Source of the DNA: Phoronis australis
Taxonomy: Eukaryota; Animalia; Phoronida
DNA: 64,000 bases
Direction: 5' to 3'
NCBI GenBank assembly: GCA_002633005.1
Contig: NMRA01000044.1
Location: forward strand, 716,074 to 780,073
Part shown: positions 51,138 to 64,000 of the stretch, one piece after another
Position numbering within the stretch: the first letter of the stretch is position 1
Layout of the letters: the number at the start of each line of letters is the position of its first letter
The notes under the pieces: generated by a model
Seen by the model: the letters and a program-made list of their open reading frames with translations, nothing else
What the model was told of the DNA's origin: nothing
Databases searched by the model: none
Program-made: the position numbers and the translations under genes

Positions 51138-52104
51138 CAATGTGGACAAAACTAATACTAAATAAGGGGAAATCATGTGCTCATTATACGAAATATATGC
51201 ATTTAAAATTATACTTAACAATAATGTACTATTTAAAATTGTTGGCCCGTTGCACCACCTAATGACTCACAGCTGGGGGTGAAAGTGATTTCATGGCTGT
51301 CACCTGCGTCTACTAAATGCCAGCTGGCATCTCGCAGTAAAATCGCATGCAGCCAAGACCATACGGCATTAAACTCATGGTAAAAAAATCCCTTAATTGC
51401 ACCCACACACCCCCACACACACGCACGCACACAAACAAACAAACCTCACGGTCACACTCACATAAAACCAGAAATGTCCCATACCTGAAGAACAGGTGAC
51501 TTCACCCTGTGAATGGTGAGGAATCTGTTCCCAAGACTGGGGTTTGGTTGGCGTTTTACGTGGCATGTATACGTGGATTTGTATTGTATTTTTTGTGTCT
51601 ACTGGTTTAGGATTGGGGTTTGGAGAACAGTAGCTTGATTTAGAGATGCAGCCATGGAATCGTTTCTACAACCTGCCCTAGGTCCAGTGCATTAAATAGT
51701 CTATTGCAAACCCAGTCCCAGGGCCTGGAAATTGAACATCACAATGTCACGCAGGAACCTTATTTCTCGTAAGCAACTGATATCGTGCACCTCCGAGTTG
51801 TACATAATCTTCCAGAAGCGGAAACGTTAACAACCAAGCTCGACAAAGTCATGAATCACTAAGACTTGATTGCAGGTTTTTAACTGAACATAACTCACAA
51901 GGCAGTAAATAGACAAGTACGCGGATACGTCCACTTCGAATGGCTCGATATAGTGACAGAAATAGTTGAGAGAACCGATGCTCTGAACAAATTGAATCTA
52001 GTTGTTTACGAGTAAGAATCAAGCTGTGATTTCCAAATGTTTTACGTTCTGATTACTTGTTTAGCTGACAAAAAGTCTCAAAACGCCTAACTCACCTCGA
52101 TCGC

Positions 52105-52350
52105 TTCACAGGCGTCCTCAGCTTCCGATAAGTCCACAATACACTACAACAAGGTATGACACTCGGGACTAGAAATTCCACGGTTGCTTCTATTCAGCCG
52201 TCCATGTCAAAGACATAACTCAATAAACTTACACAAAACAGGGGTTCAACAAACCATGGGAAATTGTTCTTTCCTATAATACCAATGCATTCACGGTGTC
52301 CTGCTCCAGCGAGTTCGCGGTTTGTCGCGTTAAGTCACGATGTCGATAAC
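52105..52350. mobile_element. Diverged partial copy of the 58.4-59.1 kb foldback MITE
   Basis: tcacaggcgtcctcagctt...aaggtatgacactc...cattcacggtgtcc plus spacer-derived ttgtcgcgttaagtcacgatgtcgataac. Confidence 0.75.
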
Positions 52351-53633
52351 GCCGTTCATCCGAAATTCACCGGTAATTTAATTTGAGCATTCCTTTAAAT
52401 AGCCACGGTAATACTCTGCATTTTGGCAGCATTTTTATTAAGTAAGGTACAAAAGACTGCAATCTTTTATGGAAAGAAATGTTTAGTGATGTTAGTAAAT
52501 CCCTTAGAATTTTCCTGTTCAGCATGATAAATTAGTATATGAACCACCATGATTCAACAAAACATTTTTTGCAGGCAATGGGTGCTTTTATTGTGGAAAG
52601 TTTCATGAAAACTGTTAATATTTTTATGAATTTTCAGTCACACAATGAGACCTAATGACGTAAAGGCGATTTTGTAGAGCTCGTCGCTCTTCTTCACCTT
52701 CAGCAAAATTTTACGGCGTGCGAAAAACATTACGTGAATAGCTTAAAGTAGCAAAAATATAGCATAAGTTACTTTGCCAAATATCCCGCAATTACTTTTA
52801 CACTTGCTTTCGAGGCCAAAAAACATCTTGTTTGTAAGTCTGGCTAATTCACTGTACAAAACAGAAAAAATTGAAAAAATATAAGTTTTATATACATTTT
52901 AACTGACGAGTGGTGAGGGAAGGTACACGTTACAAATGATTCAGAACTAAAGAGGTTTCAAATAATTCGTCCTCAGCACTAACACTCAACTGAAATAAAG
53001 TTGGAGTAGCTTTTGAGCAAATATGCAGCTTTTGTGGGGAAGAACCAAATGCAATTGTTAATGTATTGGTCTTGTAAATGCGTGCATTCTTTTGACCATC
53101 TTCATTTCATTGGACGAATCACACAGTTAATTTGTATCGGTATTTAATCTATGGTATTGAGGACCTAATCTTCGACAAATTTACAGGATTAGACATTGTG
53201 AATTTTGTAACAACCATCGGCAGCTATCGCGTAATATCTTCAGAGGTTTGTCATCTGTTGGTCACGTTTCAACATACTGAAACAGAAAGATATAAATATT
53301 ACAAATTTGAGAAATTTATGTGAAAGCTTTCAACAGTCAGTGGATCCCTATGGAAGTTCTGCTCGCAGACGTTTGCACATACGGCCCAGGGTGAACGTGA
53401 GTGGCCGGAAAAGGGATAATATCAACTTAGTTTTCATAATCATTCCAGCATTTCAGTGCTTGTTTATATTTTCTGTGGGTTTGATTGAATAAACATTCCA
53501 AAAAGTCATACATAACCTTTAAAGTAATGATTGTACTGCGGTTGTATGCAAGAAAAAAAATACTCTAGAAACGGAAAACGTCAAAATTATTTCGTCAATA
53601 CAATTAGCTGCGTCATAAAACAGTATTATAGCA

Positions 53634-53641
53634 TGACGTCA
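53634..53641. promoter_or_regulatory. CRE palindrome TGACGTCA upstream of the plus-strand gene
   Basis: Perfect TGACGTCA about 80 nt upstream of ATG 53717, with a half-site (TGCGTCA) just upstream. Confidence 0.35.
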
Positions 53642-53716
53642 TAATTACGTTCTGGAATTCGAGTGATCGATTCATCGACGTTTTATTGCGGGACGCTCGC
53701 TTTTAAAGAGTGGACG

Positions 53717-56700
53717 ATGTCCGAGAGAGAGGTATATGAGGAAATGGACGTAACTGACGTCCTAAAGTTAATGACTAACAATGTAGAGGAAATTGGTTGG
53801 ACAAAAAGGTGCGTAATTTTCAGACAAACGTGTATTTGGTGTCCATACGCTCAACAGCTAACTCACGCAGAAAATTAAATTGCGGTACAATTAAGTCGCT
53901 TGTTAACTATGCGGGCAGATGTGATGTCGGCAATGGCCGATACTAATCCTGATATTGGCCTATTAGCATTGATATTATAAATAACTTTCATACTCAGTTC
54001 TCTGATACAAAATAATTCCTTGTAACTCTCGATAAAATTTGAAAGTTTGTGGCAATTCTCTTAATAAGCGCCACCTCGTGAATGTAGGGTTTGCCGTTAA
54101 TGAACATTTGCTGAATAAGATACTGTAAAACGGTGGAAAGTTTTCAGGTACGGCTGAGTCTGTTTGTAAAGCAATGTTTCGAAATATCTTCAGTGCGCAG
54201 CTAATTGTGTTGCTGGAGACGATTTTCTTGTTGTTTTCCAGAGCTCATATGAAAATGAGTAAAGCTCACAAGAAGGAAGCACAGGTGTTGCTCGATATAG
54301 AAAAGATGTTGGAGAAGCTAGGCGGATTCATTGAGCAAAAACGTACCAAGGTGTGGAAACAAGCTAAGTCGCAATGTGAGTTTACTTTCTACCATGCGCC
54401 GTTAGAGCCACTATTAATGTAGTGTGCAGCGTAGTCCTCTAGATTGTTGATCCCCCTGCCCGATTAAGCCCGTCCTCTTTTTGAACAGGAATGAGACGTC
54501 GCGTCGAAAAAACACTACTCCTTAAACCTTAAAATTAAGCATATGATAAATGAAATATCATGCTAAGTCCAAAAAAAACAGAGTTGGTTCTGGATTTTTT
54601 GATGATTGAAAAAGCAAATCTCTTACGTAAAACTTCTGTGGTAAAAAGAGCAACTAAAACATACCATTCCATCGACTATATTTAACAAAGAAACGAGAAT
54701 CAACTATGCTTTTCGGTCTCATGTTTGCTAATGTACGCAATTTTTCTGTTACAGATGTCGGCTATCAAGATGTGAAGCAGCATTTTGAGGACACATCGAG
54801 TACAATCTCTAATCTACAGCGGGATATTAAGACTTTAAGGACGGAGGCGGAAAGGAAAGAGAAAATCTTGAAAACGTTAGTAGGCCCCTTGACGTCATTA
54901 TAACACGCAGACTTTGAAAAGATTGTAAACTTTACATAAATATTCTTTATTCATAACGCCTCATTGCTAAGTGTCGAAGATAACGCACAAGCTGGATCTT
55001 TTGATTTGGTTTGGTCTTAGCATATTACGTCTTTTATTTTAATGGATCTTTTTGCGAATATACGAAACATGACTGAGCGTACACATCCCGGCGTAGTTGT
55101 TGATGTGGCGTACATCCCCTGGTAACAAGACACTTTACGTGTTTCTTCGGAGTAGTGACAGTAAACCAAAGCATGGGCGGCGCACCATAGGGGGCTGGAG
55201 GGGGGGCTATAGCCTCCACTTATTTCAAAGCTGATCCGTTCATGGTCACTTAGCGCGACGCACCCCAGGGGGCTGGGGGAGGGCTTATTTCAGTGCTGCA
55301 AAGTACTTGTGAGCCAAGTGAGATCACATAGAACAACGCAAGGCAAATGTTACGCGGGACTATACTTTACACTTCACTATAGCGTAACCTAGCAATATGG
55401 CAGTCACTTGAGTGCTCAGTCGGTGAAATTAGAATGTTGGGTTGTGTTATAAAATCCATTGAGATAGAGTTCACTGTTTCAGTTCAATAAGCGAACATTT
55501 GCCGCCGCAAACGGTAAGCTAATATCTTAGGTCCACCGAACACAGAAGCCTCCTTCCATGTCTGGATTCCCAACTCACTGCGCAGTCTGCTGCATGTTTC
55601 TGTTTATTTGTAAAAGGCTAGTTTCTCACGTCATCAAATGGTACAGTGGGACGTGGTCACAGCAAAAATACTGGTGTATCTTTAAAGCTTTGGTTTCTGT
55701 CTGTTTAACGCATCGCTCGGTCACGTTTTTCTGTTTGACATTCAGGAGCGCTATGACAATGGATACCGGGGTGGCCACGGCCAATACAGTGGTAGTCGCA
55801 AAAGCCAAACACGGCATCAGCCTAATTGATGTGGAATTTCCGAATGTACGTATGTTGTGGAAGTTGTTAATGTATCTTAATCGTAGTTTGTATTAAAACT
55901 GCGAGTAAACTATCATGTCCATAAATACATCTGCGTGAGTTTGCAGCAAGAAGCAAGCGTTTTGGTAAATAGAACTTCCACCACAACCGTGTGGCAACCT
56001 CATATTTTGAACCTCATTTCCGACTAATTGTTGACATTTTAGAACGAAGAAGCAACGCAAAATAAAAAGGCGAAGCCAAAGAAATGCGGGAAAAAAAGGC
56101 CCCTACCAGAACCAGACCAGAAAGTGTTAAAGGAGAAATATATCAAGGTTTGTGAAAGTTCAATACCCTTTTTCCATAAGCAAATTAACAGTCGTCATAA
56201 AGCCGACGTTATTATAATATAACAGTGTCATCACCAGCGTCATTAGCGCCATCTAATGCTTTTTTCCTGATATTTTGACATTCTACCATATCTGTAATTC
56301 AGTGTTTTCAACTTTTTATGAACTATTGTATCAACACTCAAATGAATTACAATAATGGTTTCCAAACTTGTTCAAAAATTACTATGACGAAGAAATGTTT
56401 AGAATTCATATCTTTTTTGTCCCTGGCCACGACATGTCCGTATGTCACATGAGCTCATTGTCCGGGTTGCAAATGACGGGCTCGGGGACACTAAAATAAT
56501 TATAGAGTCGCGTTCTGTAGAACCATCAAATTCGGGAAGCGTTTGCTGCGAAAAAAACTCCCCCTAAGCATCGGAAACAGCAAACTAAACTGTCCAGTGT
56601 ACAGTTTTCTGGGGGTACGCGAGTAAGATACATAGCATAGTGACAACAACATGTTGATGTGAAATTAGCCGGTGCCCACATGAACTCATTGACCGGGCTG

Positions 56701-58305
56701 CAAATAACGGGCTCGTTGGCATTGAAATACACATAAAGCCGCGTTCTGTAGAAACAAGACACTCGCGAAGAATTTGCGGGGCCTAGGGAACGGAAGCAGT
56801 AATCTGCACGTCATAATTCCACATTCTAAATTCACTGACCAAACACTCCTTGGGCCAATGAGACACAGAGCATACAATAACCGCTAGAATGCGCTAGTGA
56901 GCTTATAGTGACCGCAAATCACTCGCTGTTCAGTCGCGTGGTAGATACTGCGCAGGCTTGCGTGATTTTGCTTTTTCGTGACTGTCTTGTTTGTACGAAA
57001 CTGATCCGGTATTGGTCATTAAGACCCTCTCAGTTTTGCTGAAGAATTTCAAAACAATAAATATCCAGGTTGAAAGCATGTAGGCTTACAATCCGATTAA
57101 GCTAGTGTCTGCAAGACACATACAGACAACGTTAACCATTTTCACTTACACTGACTGGTGCTGAGGGTTTCTAAAGAATTCGAATCGAAACGAAGACATC
57201 ATGTCTGCATTTTCTTCACAGTGCCACAAAAAAGCTGAAGCGCGCTTTCGCTCCACGTTGCAGTCAGCGACGGCTTCGTTGAACGCCGCGAAGAAGATTC
57301 CAACTAATTTCAAAGGGTGTGCACAATGCAAGTCATATGGAGGAAACTTAGTGAAACCGGACAACCCCGTCCAGACCTCAACTCGTCCTCTGTGAGTGCT
57401 GAAAGTAATGTCAAAACAGTGAAAGTTGTTGTCAGTGGGGTGGCTTAGGCGGTGGCAACGGAAAGAATGGCCACGGTGGCACAAAACTAAATAGTGATGA
57501 GCTGAGAAATAAGTTGTAACGGTGTAAATGGTCGGTTGTATGTAACTGGTTGGAAGTGACGCGTAGGCCGGCAATGATAGTTCTGCGCAGAAGACTATTT
57601 ATTGGGGCGGAACAATATCGGTGGGGACGTCGTTATTTTCAGTCCCGCCTGACGATACTCGCAGCAACGTCACTGATAACAATGTACAGATGTTTTTTTT
57701 ACTTTTTAGTCTGAATGGCAAGCGGGCTTTGTTAGCTTTTGTGATAGATTCTCTTTACACATGTTTGTTTTCTTAAGTGATAACTTAAAGATTTATTGCA
57801 ATAATCTTTTTTTATCATTGGTACGTGACATTTTTCGATGAATAAATTATACTGTTTCAGGAGGACCGAGCGATTTAAAACCATCAACAATCAAGGAACG
57901 CAGACGGAAGTTCGCTTCGAAGCCAAAATGGCCGCCACTGACAACAGCACTCTCCTACAGAAAAACATTGTCGAGAGAGATGACGGCATATCGTTACAGA
58001 TGGCGGCAGCAGATCCCTTCCCGGAACCAGAAGTCCATGATAGCCACTGGAGCTTCGAGCTCACCAATGTACCAACGGGCGCAAGGCAGATGTGGGAAGG
58101 TCCTTCGGAGGACTTATTGAGCTTCACGGAGTCCGAAATGGATTTACCAGAAATCGATCTGCTGGCTCAAGGCGACTTCTCGCGGTGCCTTGCAACAGTC
58201 TTCTACAATAACCGCCCTCGGCCTAAGGACATGGAATTCACGCGGAAAAGAGGACACGTCTTGGAGGTTCCAATAACTCTACCAGGTGCAGTTGAAGACA
58301 GTTGA
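53717..58305 (+). CDS. Uncharacterised 7-exon protein (~388 aa): N-terminal coiled-coil-like helices, basic NLS-like patch, CxxC, acidic C-terminal region
   Basis: Exons 53717-53808, 54242-54375, 54755-54875, 55746-55845, 56043-56147, 57222-57391 and 57861-58305. All GT-AG with compatible phases (2,1,2,0,0,2); 1167 nt, open to TGA. Contains KKAKPKKCGKKRP and CAQC. No family recognised. Confidence 0.75.
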
Positions 58306-58402
58306 AGTGTTACAGAAAATCCGTTGTTGTGTATTGAAAGACGTTTACAGCATTTAAATAACGATTTCTTTGAAGTCCGCAAAGCGGTTTTTGCCTGGTT
58401 AA

Positions 58403-59079
58403 CTCACAGGCGTCCTCAGCTTCTGATCGTCCCCAATACACTACATGTAATACTACAAGGTATGACACTCCCGACTAGAAATTCCTCGGGTGCTTCAATT
58501 CAGCCGTCCATAGCAAATATAAAACTCAACAGAGGTTCAACAAACCAGGCAGAATTGTTCTTTCTCCCAATACCATTCACGGTGTCCCGTTCCGGCGACT
58601 TCGTAAGAAATTCGCAGTCAAAGAAAAAAAATGTTCACAAAAAACTCCCACACACTTTCATCGTGGGCCGCTCGAGGTCAAGGACGGTACGGAAATTACC
58701 GGTGAGTTACGGAAGTACTCAATAGTTTTTCTACTGGCGGCTAAGTGTAGAGTTATCGACATTGTGACTTTACGCGACAAACCGGCAATTTCCGTACCGT
58801 CCTTGACCTCGAGCGGCCCACGATGAAAGTGTGTGGGAGTTTTTTGTGGACATTTTTGTTCTTTGACTGCGAATTTCTTACGAAGTCGCCGGAACAGGAC
58901 ACCGTGAATGGTATTGGGAGAAAGAACAATTCTGCCTGGTTTGTTGAACCTCTGTTGAGTTTTATTTGCTATGGACGGCTGAATTGAAGCACCCGTGGAA
59001 TTTCTAGTCGGGAGTGTCATACCTTGTAGTATTATATGTAGTGTATTGGGGACGATCAGAAGCTGAGGACGCCTGTGGG
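58403..59079. mobile_element. Foldback MITE with TTAA target site (piggyBac-like termini)
   Basis: TTAA at 58399-58402 and 59080-59083. Near-identical ~300-bp inverted arms 58403-58703 / 58781-59079 with a 77-bp spacer; ends CTCACAGG / CCTGTGGG. Confidence 0.85.
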
Positions 59080-59749
59080 TTAACTTACGTTAACTTTTTA
59101 CCCGCGCATTTAAGCTCATGCGTCTCGAACCTTCGCTTTATGTATAAAGTGAAGAACGTGTGCAACTTTAGATATCCGTAAGAATATATATTCTCAATGC
59201 GTTACTAAGCAGTCAACTGGGAATAGAGATAACACTCAAAACGTCCGGTTTAAAACATGTGCCTGTTTATGGTTTCACACTGTGTCTTTGGCTGAAAATT
59301 TGGTGCATACAAAACAATAGACTGGCATAGATAATAGTTTGACTAAATTTATAGTCAGGTTCCGGTTTAGCAATAAATGATTGTCGAGGGCACTTGGAGG
59401 TAATTTAGGGGTGCTGAATCCAAAACAATTGTATACCGGTATGGATTTTACCGGCATACCCTTCAAATTTAAGATGGCCTTTTATAATGAGTATGATACA
59501 TCAAACTAAAAGGTTTTCATGTATTATAAAATTTATTCTGATACTATTTTTGTGAATGAAGGGTAAGGTCAAGGTCACCTCATGCCTTTCTTCAAATTTG
59601 GAGCCAAACTAATATATCTATATAATGTACTGTGCGTGGGCTTAAATGTGCGCTAATGATTCTGTGTATAGTTTTAATCAGTTATAATAAAGATTTCTGT
59701 AAAATGAAGTTGATTACAGCTTTGTACCTGACTACTATTTTACTCATTT

Positions 59750-60150
59750 AAATCTACCTGCTGATTTATGCCTACCTAAATTGACATTCCTTCCTACCTG
59801 AATGTCTACATATCACCTAAATCAACCTACTTTATGTCCCCCTAAATCTACCTACCAGGGTGTACCCACCTAAATTTACCCATTATACATGTATAAAACT
59901 ACCTACTTACCTAAATCTCCTTCTTGCCTATCTTCTTAAATGTACCTACCTTTTTTTTTTTTAATTAAAAAAAATAAATGTACCTACCTTCGTAAATCTA
60001 CCTTTTTACCTATCTTCCTAATTCAATCTACCTTTCTACCCACTTAAGTCTATCTACCTACAAACCAACATTTACCGACATTTTTCCTACTTTCCAATCT
60101 ACTTATTTACCTACCTACCTACGAAATAACCCACTTACCTACCGACCTAA
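59750..60150. repeat. Degenerate (CCTA)n/ACCTAAAT low-complexity array
   Basis: Many cctacct and acctaaat units, directly next to the Kolobok-like terminus. Confidence 0.7.
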
Positions 60151-60155
60151 TTTAC

Positions 60156-61306
60156 AGGAGCATGCCACCCAAAAAACAACCTAATTTGTATCAATTTAGA
60201 TCGAGTAGTTCTACTCCATAACGACACGTACGATTGCGTTACCTGACGGCAGACGGAGGTGTTGAAATTATCCAATGACGTCATCGGTTTCACACGCAGT
60301 CTGTCCAGCAGTTCACAACACGGGTTACTGGTGTCAGCTTATCGCTTGAAGTTATCGTTTAACACCAATAAATCATCAAACTTCGGTGTAAAACCCTTAA
60401 AAATACACCCAGTTCTTATAAAAACGTGTTGTTTTATTTCGCCCTTACGGATTTATTGGTATTTGGACACACCGTAGCCTACAAAGTTCGGCAGGACAAT
60501 AAGGTCTGTAGCAGGAGTTTGGGGTGTGTTCGGAGATAATTTCGAAGTATTTTCCGTGAGATACAGACAGGAGAACTTAGATCTCTGTTGTTTAGACTTG
60601 AGATTTTTTTAGTTCTAAACACAAAACGCTTAAAACGCTTATTATCCTGGCTAGTGGCTCGGAGCCCGATCGGGCCCCATCGTCGCGGCCGGCCGGATTG
60701 ACTCGTTATCCCGGCCAGTGGCTCGGAAACTGATCAGACATCACGAACATAAACCAGCCAAAGTTGAGTGGAAAACTAAACTTCCAGTCAAGAAAATACT
60801 ATACTAGTGAGCTAAAGTAATGTTCACGTGATTATGTTGGTGAATTAGCCACGAAACTGAGTCTACTTACTCGTCGGGGGCCGCGAATTCAGGTTGATCC
60901 GCTTTGGCCACAGCACCGTCAGGACAGAAGTTGTACATTGACAATCATTATTTGAGTAATGTAAATGTAAATAAAGATTCCCCTAACACCTGGCCGTGGG
61001 ATGGCAATCGCCGGAGTTGTTTCACAACAGTTTTTGCCAGCAAACACTAAATTAGCATGAGCTCACACGGCCTCTGTGTCCCGTCAATTAGTTTTATTGT
61101 ACCTAAAGCCGGTTAGCAGTGATTTATTCATTACTGGCTTCTCAAATTATTTGCACTCACGAACACGCCAAAGGCATTACAAATTGCATCTAATGAGACA
61201 GACTTTGTTTCAGTTTTATATAAGTATTGGTTAGGGTGAGAATAATTCATTTTGAAACAGAACGCTCAGTAATAAACACCAACATGGCAACTCGCAATTC
61301 CGACTT
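60156..61306 (-). mobile_element. Second, truncated copy of the Kolobok-like element, inverted
   Basis: Reverse complement of ~11643-12744, including terminus aggagcatgccaccc and the duplicated pseudo-ORF MLKLSNDVIGFTRSL. Confidence 0.85.
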
Positions 61307-61412
61307 AGGATGAGCTAGTAAAGCAGAGTTCACTTGTGAGTTCGCTGTTACCGCTACTACTAGCGCCGCCAACTGGTGAACAAGCACTGGTCAACCAGCA
61401 AGCGCCACAACA

Positions 61413-62458
61413 ATGGGGAAAGGCGCATTTTGTAACTGGTATAAATTGCTCCAATTCTTCGATGAAAAACCCTGGACTATTATTTTTTACGTTTCCCAAA
61501 GACCCAGAAAGGTAAGGATTATTTGTTATTAAATGATACGTTACATTGTCTTTAATTTAATTTTTGTGTGTTCTGTTGGAAGACAATTAATCGACCGCAG
61601 GCCAGGTGCAGCTGTCGTCTGCAGTGTAGGTTACTGCACACACTACGCGGCAGATCTGCGTTCACGGTGTTATCGTTGGCTTGTTTGAATATTTGCCGTC
61701 CAGGTATTCCAAATCAAAATTACAAAATATAAATATCTCGGACGGTTGCACTGATAATTTTAGAAAAACAAACCCTCAGGCTTGTCCCGGCATGGCCAGT
61801 GGTCAATATGACCAGTCAGACAAGGCCACAGTAACTTGAACTAATGATGTGGGGCTCGGCCCTAAATTATCCTTGGATCAACATTTGGGTGTTATCTTTT
61901 TACTTGACACCAATACCGTTTCGTCTCTATAACACAGGTACATTACAACAGGGCTACTGTGCATGGTGTATCATAGGCTACCGTCTTCTTAGCCTTGGTA
62001 CTAATTACATATTTTCACGATTATCTTCATACAGCTAGCTGGCTGGCTTCCCATCTCCTATGAGCCTGGTGAGTTCCGTGAGTATGACGTATGCTCCTGA
62101 GTCTCTCATTCATTTCTATTAGGTGCAGGCGCTGGATTGTTACTATCAGACGAGTGGACCTCATGAGTAAACATGCAAGCTACTTGTCAAAGACTTGCAA
62201 GATCTGCTGTCATCACGTTGAGGAATTAATGTGTATGAATGCTAGAACAAAAAAACAAGCTGGTGTGGGATGCATTGCCAACTGTATTTGACGTTTCAAA
62301 TCCTTCAAAACAAAAGATATCAAAAAGGTATCCTTTCACACCACGTGCCCCTCCAACATCGACTTTATGTAGTCTGACTCCCTCTGAGACATGTGGGGTT
62401 GAATCTCCTGACTCTGTCTTTATTGACAATGTTGTTGAGGGAGAAACCAGTTCAGGTG
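61413..62458 (+). pseudogene. Intron-containing THAP-domain gene remnant (probably a P-element/THAP transposase N-terminus), two frameshifts
   Basis: Exon 61413-61511: MGKGAFC/TGINCSNSSMKNPGLLFFTFPKDPER|gtaagg (one extra base). Exon 62123-62458: CRRWIVTIRRVDL...KICCHHVEE...NARTK/NKLVWDALPTVFDVSNP (shift at the A7 run 62249-62255). Shows the C2CH, FP, W and AVPTIF-box signatures. Confidence 0.75.
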
Positions 62459-63075
62459 GTAAGTTACTATTGTTAATTGTGACTTGTTGATAAGGAGTAC
62501 ATGAGAAACAACCGTTAGGGTGAGACTACTTTAAATTTAAATCATTGATTGACATCTCTCCAACTTTCACTTGATAGTAGTCATCGTCTTATTCACCCAG
62601 TCATTATTTTGGACTCGTTTGCTCTAGAATACAAAATACATAAAATGAAGAAGAAAATGAAGCAATTGAAGATGCAGGTGTATATTGATCAGTTGATACT
62701 ATTGAAGTTGTGTTGTTTTTGCCTTTTGTTATGTTTAACTAGAAAAGCATAAGTCTTTTTTATACAATCTCCCTGCTTGCATGTTTCATCACCTGACCTG
62801 TAATTATCTGAGCCCCTCAAACTACACAGCGCATTAATCAATAGGCTTATCTTCTGAGTCTGCATTCACTCTGAGCAAATGCAGTAACCCAAAACAAATT
62901 GAGTTTCAATATGAAGCACTTTTACAGGGCCCTGTGGTACAACAGCCTTTTCTATTGTTGCACACATAATTTCAGAGGACAAGGGGTGTCTAAGAGAACT
63001 AGTCAGATTTGTGTTTTAAGTACTTAGTCAATGACCAAAATGCTTGCTGTCTTGTGATTGTAAAGACTTAATCTT

Positions 63076-63115
63076 TTTTGTTTTGTTTTGTTTTGTTTTG
63101 TTCTTGGTTTTGGTT
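63076..63115. repeat. (TTTTG)n microsatellite
   Basis: ttttgtttttgttttgttttgttttg. Confidence 0.7.
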
Positions 63116-64000
63116 GGTAATTGTAATTCATAAAGTATTGAATAACACTTTCATGTGTGAGATGTGGTTATGAGGTTATGTATACCATACAAATCATAAA
63201 AAATCTAGTCTCCTATTGTGCATGTTTTTTCTGAACATCAGACTGCACTTCACGTTGAAAACATTCAACAGAAACCTCCTCAGTAAAAGAAATGAAAGAA
63301 AAGTTCTTAAGTTTAGACATCTTTAAAATGTTTTAACATTTTACAGTAACCACCAATTTCAAATCCAGTTTTTGATATCTTTTCAAAATAGATGTGCTTT
63401 CGTGCGTTGTTCTACGGCATAATTGACATATACATTGTGCGCTGTAATTTTCGCTTACTTATCTGATTATTCACCGATGTATTGACTCGGTTTGCTCTGT
63501 CTGTTAAAGATACAATTGCTTGGCATGAGATCACACTGGCTTTATCTCTTATGTATGTTAGGGAGCATCAGAATAAAATACAGTGTTGTGGTAATGATGA
63601 ATTGTCTTGCTTTCTTATTCTTACTCGTGTTACAACTACTGCACAAACCAAGTGTCTGGTGTCTGTACCGGTAGCAGCCTGGCGTATTCAATAGGGAACA
63701 CATTCAAAATTGTTGGGTGGATATGAAAGGAGAAGTCAGGTGGGAGTACTTTCTAATAAAAAGTTGAAAAACACCAAGGGTGGTACTGGGCCATGATGGC
63801 CACCAGTCATTACATGCAAATGTTCTTGGGAGTCATGCACACAACGAGGGCCAAATCTTATCACCACCTCAGCACATGTTGTCAATGGTCAGGGACGGGA
63901 GCAACCAAAATTTGTGACGATAGAAGGGTCGATTCAACACTCAAGTGGTACACTCCGTTGGTTTTTACCTTTTTAGCACTATTCCTATGCATTCCTCCCT

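Noticed and set aside
58324-59020. Two long opposing ORFs sharing MTLPTRNS...
   Set aside because: Artefact of the foldback element's inverted arms; no protein motif.

Overview
AT-rich, intron-containing metazoan genomic DNA, probably an invertebrate; a lophotrochozoan or mollusc is plausible but not provable. The first 43 kb hold a minus-strand tandem array of four paralogous genes. Each has a TATA box, a short non-coding exon 1 and four coding exons that encode a small secreted protein (~267-270 aa): signal peptide + one von Willebrand A (VWA) domain + one C-terminal chitin-binding type-2 (peritrophin-A/CBM14) domain. This is a minimal Pif97/BMSP-like architecture. Three copies splice into intact ORFs; copy 3 has a 1-nt frameshift. 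The paralogs differ mostly in the MIDAS-face loops, have a non-canonical MIDAS and a shifted Cys pattern in the chitin-binding domain, and have mosaic introns. A ~2 kb inverted repeat brackets one array unit. A 7-exon plus-strand gene of unknown function (388 aa, 53717-58305) is followed by a 677-bp foldback TTAA element. The rest is transposon debris: Tc1/mariner, Kolobok-like, a Penelope-like element with two hammerhead-like motifs, THAP remnants and MITEs. All gene models were spliced by hand and no database searches were run.
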